Assembly: GCA_044892525.1 (NCBI GenBank)
Contig: CM097885.1
Span: forward strand, 33,110,001-33,174,000
Direction of reading: 5' to 3'
Origin: Schmidtea polychroa
Lineage: Eukaryota
DNA: 64,000 nucleotides
The notes below the pieces were generated by a model. That model was not told where the DNA came from. It made no database searches and saw only the letters and a program-made list of their open reading frames with translations. Below are positions 8,504 through 20,215 of the stretch, one piece after another. Every line of letters begins with the position of its first letter. The stretch's first letter is position 1. Position numbers and translations under genes: made by a program.

Positions 8504-11500
8504 TTATATATTATTGTACTTCCATCTATTTCTACTACGCAAAGGTTTCCTCGTAAGTGACACTAATTAACTCCAGAAGAATTAACAAATAAACTTCAGG
8601 TATCTCGTCGCTTTAAATAAAATACGTAATTTTTTGTTTTAATTATTTTGGGGATGAGCGAAGATGAATCTATCAGTAGAATAGGAATAATTTATAACAC
8701 GAGAAAATTTTTAAAAATTTAAAAATTTAATTAGAATAATAAATTTTTAATTTTTGTTTTATTGTTTGATCAAAAAAATATATGTTATATGAAATTTTCA
8801 AATAAATTATTATTATTATTATTATTATATTATTATTATTATTATTTAAAACAATAAAGTGATTATTTAAGCTTTTTGCTGCGAATAATGTATTAAATGA
8901 AAAAATTTTCACAGCAAAAGGCTTAAAATCATTACTTTATACTTATTACTATTATTATTATTATTTTTTTTCAAAGTTCTAATCTTTGTTCAACTATCAA
9001 CTAAAGTACATTTTAAAGTTTTTTATTAAAAATATAGTTTTCTTTTATTTAGAGAGTTAAATAAATATTTTTACTTTACATTCTAGACGTTGATAATTAA
9101 CATAATTAGTCTGCTGTGTTTTTTAGAAAAAAATTCAGAATTTTCTTTAAATAAAAAACTCAAACAACATTTGAAATACTTATTTTATAAAAACATGTTT
9201 TTCATTTTGATTTTCATAGTTAATTTTATATAGTATATAATTTGCAATCTTTTCATCTTCTTGTGCAAACATATTTAAAACAAATGTAAAATTTACTCAT
9301 GCTCAGTTATGTGAGGATTTTGATGGCCATACAATTCTTATCTGGCCTTGTGCGTAAAACACGTTTAAACAAATTTGATAACTGGGTTCATCAAGCGCAT
9401 CAATCGAATTTCTTATATAACGGATAAGTTTCTCAAAAGTTATTTGTTTTAATCTGATTGGTTGATGACGCTTTGACCGCTTTACAATTATATTTTAATT
9501 CTTTGACTCTCCCAAATTAATATATACTTTTCATTATCATTTAATACTATCTTTTCATATTAATCAAGTTAAATTTGTCAGCTAAATACACATTATTAAA
9601 CTAATTAACAAATAAATTAAAATTTTAAGCTTCCTCACTCTGACAGACTACTGAACTATCTGATAAACTTTATCATTTCATTTAAATTTCTATTAATATA
9701 GAATTTTTTCATATTTAACCTAAATTTTTAAATAGATATTTTAATTAGTTTTCATTGCTTTATTTTAGAACAACCACCAATATTAATAAATTGTGTGAAT
9801 AAGTAACACTATTTTGTTTTATTTTTTGTTCTTTATTTTTCATTTCATATGATTTATTTCTGAAAATATAATTTTAAATGAAAAAATTTATTTAAAATAT
9901 ATTTTTATGATTTTAATAATATACTTCTTCAATGATAGGCATTTTAATTAACAGATTTATCAAATAATTGTCAACGTTGAATTTAATTTCATTGTGGAGA
10001 ACTCACATTTTTATAATATAAGTTGACATAAGTAAAAAAATCACTGTTTATTTTTATTTATATAAAATTTATTATGAATGATAATTTAAAAATATTTGAA
10101 TTGATTTGAAATAAATATTTGCGGTTTAGTAATTAATTCACATAAAGTATTCAGTCATGTATTAATGAATGAAATTGCCTTTGTAATAATGAAATTAATG
10201 TAAAATTATTAGTAAATTATTAGTGAAAAATATATTTCTACAAACTGATAAACAAATAAGATCAACATTCATCTAACTGAGAATAAATACACGCAGGCAA
10301 AATTGGCACTTGTTAAGGGCGCTAAGAAGTAAGGACACTCGCTTTGCGCTCAATATTCGAAAAAATAAAGTTACAAAATAATTTTCTTTAAAGTTAATTG
10401 TATTGTATTTTAGGGATTTTTATTTTTTGCTTTCTAAAAATCTTTCTTAATATTAAATTTATTACAAAATCAATGTATATATTTCTTTTCATTTGATTAT
10501 ATAGATATACTCGTATCTTGTTGAAACTATATAAATAAGTAAAAAAACACGAGAGAATTAAGTTAGAATTTTTATTAGCTATTAAACGATTTACTAGGAA
10601 AAAACTGAATTTTAAAATCCTAATTTCTAAAAAATGTAGCTACATCAGATAATTTGTGAATACTGTAAAAATTATATAGGGTGGAATGTTAGGAGAAAGA
10701 AAAACAAGAGAGATTAGGTGAAATTTGAAACTTTATCATTTCATAATAAGTATTAAAAGGAATGTTTTTATGTATCAACAGACTCCTAAAGTGATTTCTC
10801 ATAGTTTCTGAATGTTCAACTGCATATATACGCGTAAACCTGACACGTCGTTAAATGGTTGAGTGATTTTGACAAAGGAAATTGAATTACTGGCTTTTTA
10901 GTAATAGAAATGGAATGAAAATATTTCAAATGTTATTGTTTAATAAGTATGAAAATGATATAATTACGACGTGAAATTATGTATGAATGTCATTCTTCCA
11001 GTGGATGAAATAAAAATTTGAATATTTAGATGATTGGTGCCATGGAACTGGGCGGTCGAAATTTGAATATATCAATTGAATATATCAAAACAAAAATTAT
11101 GTCTTTTCATAACACTGATAATTTAAATATATAAAAATATATTCAAAATTATTGACAAAGTTTATATTTTATTTAAATATTTAATTTAATTATTTTAACA
11201 TGTTATGTATATATTTAGAATTATATAATAATATTTTATTACACTATTTTTGCTATAAATTTATTATTTTACTATCCAATATTTTTTTAATGGGGAAATA
11301 ATTTGGACAATTAAAATTAAAATATTCCTTATAAAAATTTAAACTTTTTATTCAAAAGTCACCTGAAAAGACAGTTCCGAAAATTTGTGAATATCAAAAA
11401 AACATCGATATCCTTACTGATTTATAAATACAATGTCAATGGAAAAGAAATCAGGGGTGAAATTAAAAAAAAAGTTGTTATAATATTATTATTCAAAGGA

Positions 11501-11559
11501 AATATATATTTTCCATCGTTTAGACATTTTCAATAATTAATAAATAACTATTTGGAAGT

Positions 11560-11830
11560 ATCATATGAGTAGATAGATGTGAGCGTTCTTGACACTATGG
11601 GTTATTGAAGACCCTCCAAAGAATTTATTAGGCTATAAAGATATGGTAATATTGATTTTTATGTGCAAACGTCGACTATTGTCAACGACAAAAGAATTTC
11701 TGACTAATCAGAGCCTTCTAGAAGGTTATATTTTGATAAATTAGAAGTCTTTTTACAAATTAAATACCATATCAAGATTTTAACTTTTGTCGAAGGAAAT
11801 TTTTTGTATCATGATTGGATCATCCACAAA
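11560..11830 (+). pseudogene. Highly decayed Gypsy/Ginger-type integrase zinc-binding remnant
   Basis: One frame reads HYGLLKTLQRIY*..W..NVDYCQRQK, resembling the HHCC H.G..KT..RI...W....C..CQ..K motif. Many stops. Confidence 0.3.
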
Positions 11831-13908
11831 ACAGTATGAGACCTCTTGCTCAAGCTTTATATATATATATATATACATATATAAAGGTTTGAAAGTGTTT
11901 TTCCTAGTGGCTGAACTTTTAACATATTTAAAAATAATTTATTTTTAAATGATATAATAGTCATTGAGGTAAAAAATATCCACATACCACACATATTTTA
12001 TATTGAGTCCCGAAATTGATCTGTTGTTTAAAGTGTTCGTTTAGTTATATATGTAAACAAATCATAGAACAACATTTATTATTATCACACTCTGACTCTA
12101 ATTGTGCTTTGGATATAAAATTACCGAATTCAAAACATAGATTTATTGATACCAAATTTTACAAAAAAATATTACAAAGAGCTCCCAAATTTGTAAAAAT
12201 TGTAAGCAGTTATAGCACTATGTCGTACATGCCAACAAGGACAGAATGGCTATAAAGTTCAATAGTGAGACGGTTTTACCAATGGAAAAAATTTTTTCGT
12301 CACGCTTAATTTAATACCTCTCCCCCATCTAAACATCAATCCAACAATCGTTTCATTCATGCCCCTCCTTAAAGATTAAGGAATCAATTTTTCATTTTGA
12401 AATTCGTTTTCCAAGTTTATTTCGAAAACAATCCAGGACGTACTAATTTTAATTAATTTCGATCTTTCTTTCTTTTCTATTTTTACAGGCTCATAGGTTC
12501 AAAGATTAGGTTTCTTTCATAAAATTTTATGTTTCATTATTTATTATGTTCAAATGAAATTTCTCTTTTTCGATTCCTTACTCTCTCCCACCCCCTAATT
12601 AAAAGAACGTAGTAAGAAGTAATTTAATTGATTGCTTAATTTATGATTTATTTAATTTCTTTAAAACTCCAACACTGTCAAGTGACTGCAATAAAATATT
12701 AAAAAATACAAAATAATTTCGTCGATGGAAATAATAGATGAACAAAACCAATGAATGTTTGCAAATGTTGCCAAATTTGACAGTAAAGAAAATGTATAAA
12801 TTATTAACAATTAAATTGTTTGAATAAGTTACCTAATTAAATTGGAAAATTAAAGTAAATTATTTCATGTTGAAGTAAAAAATATATTCTTTCAATTATT
12901 TTGTTAAAAAATAAATTGTTTTAATTACCAACGAATAACATTAACAATTCAAATATAAGAAATAAACTACTTAATTAAAGACAGTAGTAAATTTTTTTGT
13001 TATTCAAATAAAATTAATTGAATTCTAAGCAAATATAAAATCATTGAAAGAGTAAAAATCGAGCGTCATAATATATTCATTTTGTTTCAAAATGATAACT
13101 TAATTTTTCCCATTTAAAAATATAGTTTTTCAACAATTTTTCCAACAACCAATTTAAAATAATAAATCCCTGACTCCAAAAGGTGCAGGAAACAATTTTG
13201 TGGGATAATAATGTGGTTTACAATAATTTATGAAGGTGTTCGCATTTTGGATATACCTCTATTGAGATCTTATTGTTATTAGTTATTTACTGGTTAATTA
13301 TAGTGATATTGTTATCGGTTGCGATTGTTTTATGATTTGTTTCTATAATTGACTTTATAACTTGACGTGTAGGAAAAATCTGTAGAGCCCGACAGCGTCT
13401 CCAGTAAAAGAATGTAGCGGGACAGTCGGGATGAGTGTGTGTAGGGTGCGCTACAACCCAAACAATAATAATAAAATATTAAACTAGTAAAATATAACCA
13501 AAAAAATTTTTTTTAACTTTTACTAACACAAAAAATTGTAAAACCTTAGTCGTTTAGGGTATTGAGAATCACGATTCAGTTTGAGATAATTTCGAGTTTG
13601 CGGAATAGAATAGATAAGAGATTTCTTAGATAATTTAACGTTTATTTTCTTTCCAGAATTAATTTGTCTTTCAAATTCAAGAAAATGGGGTTTCGTTCTC
13701 TTTATTTTCCAATACGTTTAATTGTGTTGGTTATCTGCCGTATGGAAATTTTAGTTCGATTCTGGATTGGTCTTGGGAATTACTTGATAGAGGAATTGCA
13801 CAAAAATCTTTTCTTTATGTCCAGTAGTATTTAAATAGACCAATTATATTTTGGAATTCTAGTTGGGATTGGTCTATTGTAAATTCTTGTTTTCTTATTG
13901 CTTCTAGA

Positions 13909-14319
13909 TAGGCTTGCTAACTCTCCCGTTTTGCCGGGAGTCTCCAGAATCGGCTTTCGTCTCCCTCGCCCAGTTAATCTCTCGTCTTTCCGTTTTTACA
14001 ATATTTTACAATTTTTCAAGAAAAAAGTGAAATTTTTAAGTTTTAACTTTTATTTGATTTCCCTAAAATAATGATAGTCAACAATTTTTTTAGCTCACAG
14101 TCACCGGAAGTTTAAGTTGTTTGTTCGCGGCGAGCGATTTTATGTTTTTCTTATTACCCACGTTATTAGTCTGTCACTATCAGGTTTTTTTCACTTTTAA
14201 AATTTTAATATGTAAACCAAAAAAGTGAAAAAACAATTGTTATATTATTTCTTAAGCGTTATACTGTTCGCAATTTTATAATCTCCCTGGTTCGAAGGTT
14301 GTGTGAGTTTGCAACCCTA
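13909..14319. mobile_element. Non-autonomous hAT MITE with 8-bp TSD
   Basis: TIRs TAGGCTTGC...GCAACCCTA, flanked by a perfect direct repeat CTTCTAGA (13901-13908 and 14320-14327). Confidence 0.88.
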
Positions 14320-16360
14320 CTTCTAGAATTTTCTTTTTACTTCGATTTCTTTTCGATTTTAATTCTTTCAATCTCTATAGTAAATTATTACTATAGAGAA
14401 TTACTATATAGATCATTTTGTTGGGTTGCGAGGGCCGTGACTCGAATTAAGTTAAATAATGTAATTTGCAATTACATATAAAAAATTATACATAAACAAT
14501 TAACGTTACATTACAGCCTCCATATAGCCCAGATTTGTCACCCATTTAGAATTTATTGTATATTCTCGAACAAAATGTTCACGCTCAACAATCTTAGAAC
14601 GTTAGTTTTAAATAATGGCTACAAGGAAATAGAGTAGATGAAGATAATGGCAGAATCATGATCAAAATTTTAAAAGCTAACATTGAACAACATCAATAAA
14701 TATTAGAAATTTAAAACTAAAAAAACAAGGAAATAAGGGAATATCCTTGTGCAAAATATTTGAAAAATAGTATAACATCAAATAATGAGAGAACTCAACA
14801 GGAACTGATCGTCATTAAACACATAAATCCATTATAAATTCGAATTAGTAGGATATAAGATAAGGCTACCTGATTGAAGTCGGACATAAGCCTTCTATCA
14901 GCAGTTTGCGAACCCATCCTAATGCTCACTTTTTAAAACTATTTACTTATACGAAACATTACCAATGTTGATCGCTCAACGGGTGTCGGATGGCAAAGAA
15001 AACCAATGTATCTTGAGTTGCGCCGAAAACGACACGACCACGTGTATCAACTGTAAGATCCTGATATTTACTACATTAAAACCGACATTATTAAAACTAA
15101 CTTTATTAAAACAGTTAAATAAAATTTATGTATATGCTTTGGCCACCTATGACATATATGCGTTATTAAAACAAAAATTTATACAAATACAAATTAATCG
15201 AGAAATTATTATTATTAGTACTATTTTACAATATATCAGTAAAACTTTCTGATATTATCAGTTAAATTATATAATTTTTTCGCTTCTTATTAAAAGTATG
15301 TTGGATAACAAATTCATAAATTTATGTTATTTTAATTGGATACTATTTCACTGTCTTGTGCTTGAAAGACTTGAAATTAAAATATTTTAATAAAATAAAA
15401 AAAACTATTTACGCAAGAATTGAATTGCTGTTTTGTTTAAATATTTCATTTATTACAAATTAATTCTGCAAATTATTTTAATTAAAAAAAAGTTTAGAGA
15501 AAATAATTTTTGACGCTCATGAGACAATTAGTTTATTGTGGGAAATTCAAGGTTTTATAATTTCTAAAAATATATATCTGAATAATAAATAAAACTAATA
15601 AAATCAGCTTAGTAGGTAGTTAGGAGCGTCCTGCAACAATTACCCCCTCCCCCCACCCTAAAAATTGTTGCAACTTACATTTTCTGCTTTTTTTAATTAC
15701 ATAATTGTTGCAGGACGCTCCAATGTTTTTTTTCTGGGATTTTCAATTAAAAAAATTTTTTTCAATACAAATTTTTCTCTGACTATAGTGAGGGGTTTCG
15801 ATGGAACCTGAGAATTTCAATAGAAAAAGGGCTTTCACTAAAAAGCCAAGGATTATTCAGACTATAGTGAAGGGGTCTCCTTGGTCCTGAGGATTTCAAT
15901 ACAAAAAAGGGTCCTCGCTAAAAAAGCCAAGAATCTTTCTGACTATAGTGAGGGGGTCTTCTTGGTCCTGTGATTTTAGTAGTGAGGAAACATGCCACAT
16001 GGACCCACTCCCCTAGAGAGACTCCCACATCGCCTAACCCCCTCCATTAAATCCTCATACAACACCTCTAAATCTCTAAGATTTTATAATATTCACCCAT
16101 TAAATTTAAAACCACCCACTTTTAAACCCAAGCCACTTTAAACCACCCACCCCCAAAACCTTACATATTTATTTGATCTAAGCACTAAGTCCACAGTGAT
16201 CTCTCAAATATGTTTAAAAGCGCCCATGTGGCCTGTTTCCTCACTACTGTGGCTTAAATATAAAAAATTTAAAGTTTTAAAGGTTTTAAAAATTTAAAAA
16301 TGTATAAAAAAATATTCAAAAGGTGAAAAACCTAAACCAGTAAAAAAATATTTCTAAAAA

Positions 16361-18517
16361 ATGAACAATTTGAACAATCAAATAAATTTGGACAGCTTGG
16401 GCTTTTATTACAATTTGTGTAATAAAAACTTTAAATGAAAAACGGCATTAACTTCTCACAAAAAAATCAAAAGACCATTTAATTAAAGGAAATCTTTTAA
16501 ATGATACCAACTCTAAACTTTGTAACAAGTGTAAAGAGCGATATTTACTTTCAGGATTTGATAAACATTATTCAAACTGTATTGGACTTAAAAAAATTAA
16601 AGAAGTATTTTCTTGTTTAATATGTAATAAAAAATTCACAAAAAATATTTTACAAAAGTATAATATTCCACCCGAAGAATACAAAACTTGTTTGGCAAAA
16701 GGAATATATCCCTATGATTATATTGACTCATTTAATAGATATCAAGAAATAGAATTACCATCACATGAAAATTTCTATTCAATATTAAATCTATCAAATA
16801 CAACTGAAGAAGAAGATGCAAGAGCTAGAAAAATGTGGTAACTATTTAATTGTCAAACATGAGGAGATTATACTGATATATACTTAAGTTTAGATGTATA
16901 TATTTTAGCAGACTGTTTCGAAAAGTTTGTAAAAGCTTTTCCATTAAAAGCTTATAATTATATAACCCTACCATCTTTAGCTTGGGATATATTATTATAT
17001 AGCATGAATGATAGTATAGAATTACTATCAGATGTTAACATGTTCAACACGATAAAAACTAATATTTGTGGAGGTATTAGTTCAGTAATGGGTGAACGAT
17101 ACATAAAAGCACTCAATTACAAATATCTTTACAAAACTTTATTCAAAGATACAGATGAACCATATGTTGAAATTAAAACACAAGAATTTAATATGGTAAT
17201 AGAATGTTTAAACAACCCAGCCCACATTTTATACATTGACGCGACCGCCCTATATGCAGGAATAATAACTCAACATCTTCCAATTGGAAATTTTGAATGG
17301 ATGGAAATACCTAAAACTAAACAGGGTAAAGAAGAATTAATGAATAAAATATTAAATACCCCCAAAGACTCAAACATAGGATATTTTATAGAATGTGATT
17401 TAAAATATCCAGAGCGCATAAAAGCTAACACAAAATATTTTCCATTTGCCCCAATAAAAAGAAAAATGGAAAAAGAAGAACTACTAGCTTGGCAACTTGA
17501 AAAAGAAAGGGGGTTTAGTAAGAAGCTAATATGTGACCAAACAGATAGGACATATTACCTTATACATTATAGAATGTTTAAATTCTATGTTAAACATGGA
17601 ATGAAAGTTAAAGATGTTTACAACATTATAAAATTTAAACAAGCCCCATTTATGAAGGGGTATATTGATCACAATATTAAAATGAGAAATGTATGCAAAA
17701 GAGCAAAAGATGAATTCGGGGACACAATGTATAAACTTTTAAATAATTCAGTCTTTGGTAAAACAATGGAAAACATTGATAAATATACAAAGATTGAATT
17801 ATTAACCAATAACCCCAAAGACTTCACAAGATATAACAGAATGTTGTCAAAACCAACATTTAAAAATGCAGAAATATTTTCAACTAGTTTAGCCGCAACA
17901 GAAATAGGAAATTACATAAAAACTTATAATAAACCAATGATTATATAGGATATAGTATTTTGGAGTTATCAAAACTTCAAATGTATGAAACCTATTATGA
18001 TACATTACAACCACACTTTCAAGACAGAATATCTTTACACTTTATGGACACAGATTCAATGCTTTTAAAGGTTTATTCTTCAGATATATACAAGGAAATA
18101 TCTGAAAATGAAACCTTGAATAAATTAATAAATAATAGTGGAGAATTATTTAGTTTCAAAGATGAGAAACCAAATAATTCAATATTTGAGGCAATATTTA
18201 TTACGGCTAAACAATATTCCCTTTTATTAGAGAGAGGAGAAGAAAATAGAAATAAGGGAATACAAAAATGGGTAGCTAAAAAAATTACACATCAAAACTT
18301 TACAGATTGTTTAAAACCACAATCTGAGATACAAATAGAAATAGTTCATCAGATTAAATCTGATAAACATAACATCTTTTTAGAAGAAGCACACAAAGTT
18401 TCACTTGACAATTATGACGATAAAAGGGTTATTTTGTCAGATGGAATTGGAAATGATATGATTCCATATATAAAAAACTTGTTTAGGATTATTATTTTCA
18501 TCAAGTCTAATATCTAG
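16361..18517 (+). pseudogene. Protein-primed family B DNA polymerase (pPolB), disrupted, exonuclease region deleted
   Basis: KGIYPYDY, LDVYILADCFEKF, GGISSV, YIDATALY, KLLNNSVFGKTMEN, LELSKLQMY, FMDTDS, YDDKR. Decayed Cys/His finger motifs at the N-terminus. In-frame stops at ~16850-16862 and 17946. Confidence 0.92.
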
Positions 18518-18897
18518 ACGCGTTCCGGGTCCAGTATAGTTGTTTTAAATAAGTGTCTTTCACCTGGATATTTTTCAGTAGTAAAAGGTTTTAATAATGA
18601 TGATGTTAATTTTGAAGATTGTAAATCACCACCCATGTGTGGAACCAGGTCGCCTCCTTGTTTCTCAAAAGCAAATCTGCTTGAAGGATTGAGCGCCAAC
18701 AAGAGAATATTACCTGAAGATGCTTTTAAATTATTTAATGAAATTTTATTATTAGAATCTGTTTCACCATTCGCCTTAGACTCATAAAGACGTGATCAAA
18801 TTATGTGTTTTTTAGTTTTAATATGACTTGCTTTATGATGTCTTGTAACTTCACAATGACAAGTTTTACATGTCCAATACTGTTTAGGTAGAGACAT
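18514..18897 (-). pseudogene. Small C2H2 zinc-finger ORF joined to a GG-motif core-protein fragment
   Basis: MSLPKQYWTCKTCHCEVTRHHKASHIKTKKH, then a stop, then ..KQGGDLVPHMGGDL.. (adenain-type motifs). Probably a deletion junction. Confidence 0.5.
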
Positions 18898-18924
18898 TTT
18901 AAAAAATTAATTTTTGTTTTCTTA

Positions 18925-20215
18925 TTAATCACCTCTAACATTCTCAATTATTGAAATCTTTCCACCATATAACTTCATTTCTATTTTCTTTTCTTCAAGA
19001 ATTTTTGTATATACTTTTGCTTTAAAATTAGAATCCTTTTTTATATGAAGAGTAACATCAACATTATTTATAGCCAATTTATCATCTTGATCTGAAACAT
19101 TTATGCAGAATATTGAATACAAATTTTTAAAATCTTTTAAAGATGTTTGTGATTCTGTTCCAAAATCTCGACATTTTTGAATATAATTTAGATAAGGGAA
19201 TATATTTTCATTGTTTTCTATATCAAACTCCATTCTATTTATTGGATAATAACTATTATTCAATTGAATTTGAATTGATTTTAAACAATCATAATCCAAT
19301 CTTTTGAATAAACAAGTCATTATTTTTTTGAAATGATGCATCTGTTTCTTTGAACCCAATTAAAATATATCTTGGAGGATATGTTAAATTTGCTACTTTT
19401 ATAGAGTATGTTGAGTCCTCTCTCATATCAAATTCACTACAGATTCTATTTAAATAATTTACATTTATTGACTTGTTGGAATTTAATCTTTCTAGTAATT
19501 TGATTTCAGCATGTGGATTTAAAATCCATTCAGGTATATGTAATTCGATTGTTGTTAATTTTAATTTAGCTTTTGTATCTTTATCTCCAAAGAACAACAC
19601 TTTATCATCTATTGCCCTATTACAAACTAATTCTATAAAAACATTATGAAGTACACGATTATAACTTTGAAGGAATCCAAATAAATGTTTCAATTCGAAA
19701 TAACCTTCAAATTTTTTAGACTTATAAAGTTCAAATCTTTTATAATAAGCATAATTTACATCTAAACCATCTTTATCTAAATCACCTTTGTTAATATCTG
19801 GGATCCAACCTGTTAATTCACCATATTCACTTTTATAATCATGAGTAGCTAAAATAAAACTTAACATTGTAGAATATACACCCGGATACAATATACTTTC
19901 AATTTCCGATGGTCCTAATTTTAATCTCATGTTGGAGAATAAATTTGGAAAGAAATTATTTTCTAGGGTAATATCTTTGTTTGCTTCAATCTCTAATTCA
20001 ATTTTATAATATAATCTTGCATTACAAATATCTATAGGGTTTGCTGTTTGAAAAGATTGAAAAACTATATCACCTGAACTATTTAAATTTGCAATAGAAC
20101 CTGCGGTTGGGGAAATTTTAAGTATGTCATTTTTCCTGATTTCATGAGTAAACTCTTTATTATAATCAAGATTTAGTTTATTTTTTTCTGGAATTTCAAG
20201 ATTTATGTTGTTCAT
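18925..20215 (-). pseudogene. Polinton major capsid protein (double jelly-roll), one frameshift near 19290
   Basis: LNSSGDIVF, LENNFFPNLFS, ELKHLFGFLQSYNRVL, IELHIP, PRYILIGF, then LNNSYYP..YSIFCINVSDQ in the second frame. Confidence 0.85.

Noticed and set aside
10643..10800. IICEYCKNYIGW, resembling a Yippee/CULT zinc-binding motif after an AG
   Set aside because: In-frame stops follow shortly and no partner exons could be found.
13500..14420. Purine-rich minus-strand stretch around the hAT MITE, suggestive of a retroelement 3' end
   Set aside because: No diagnostic motif recoverable; multiple stops.
15722..15977. Regularly spaced ~70-bp repeats as a possible CRISPR-like array
   Set aside because: Whole units are degenerate copies with no unique spacers; eukaryotic context and no cas genes.
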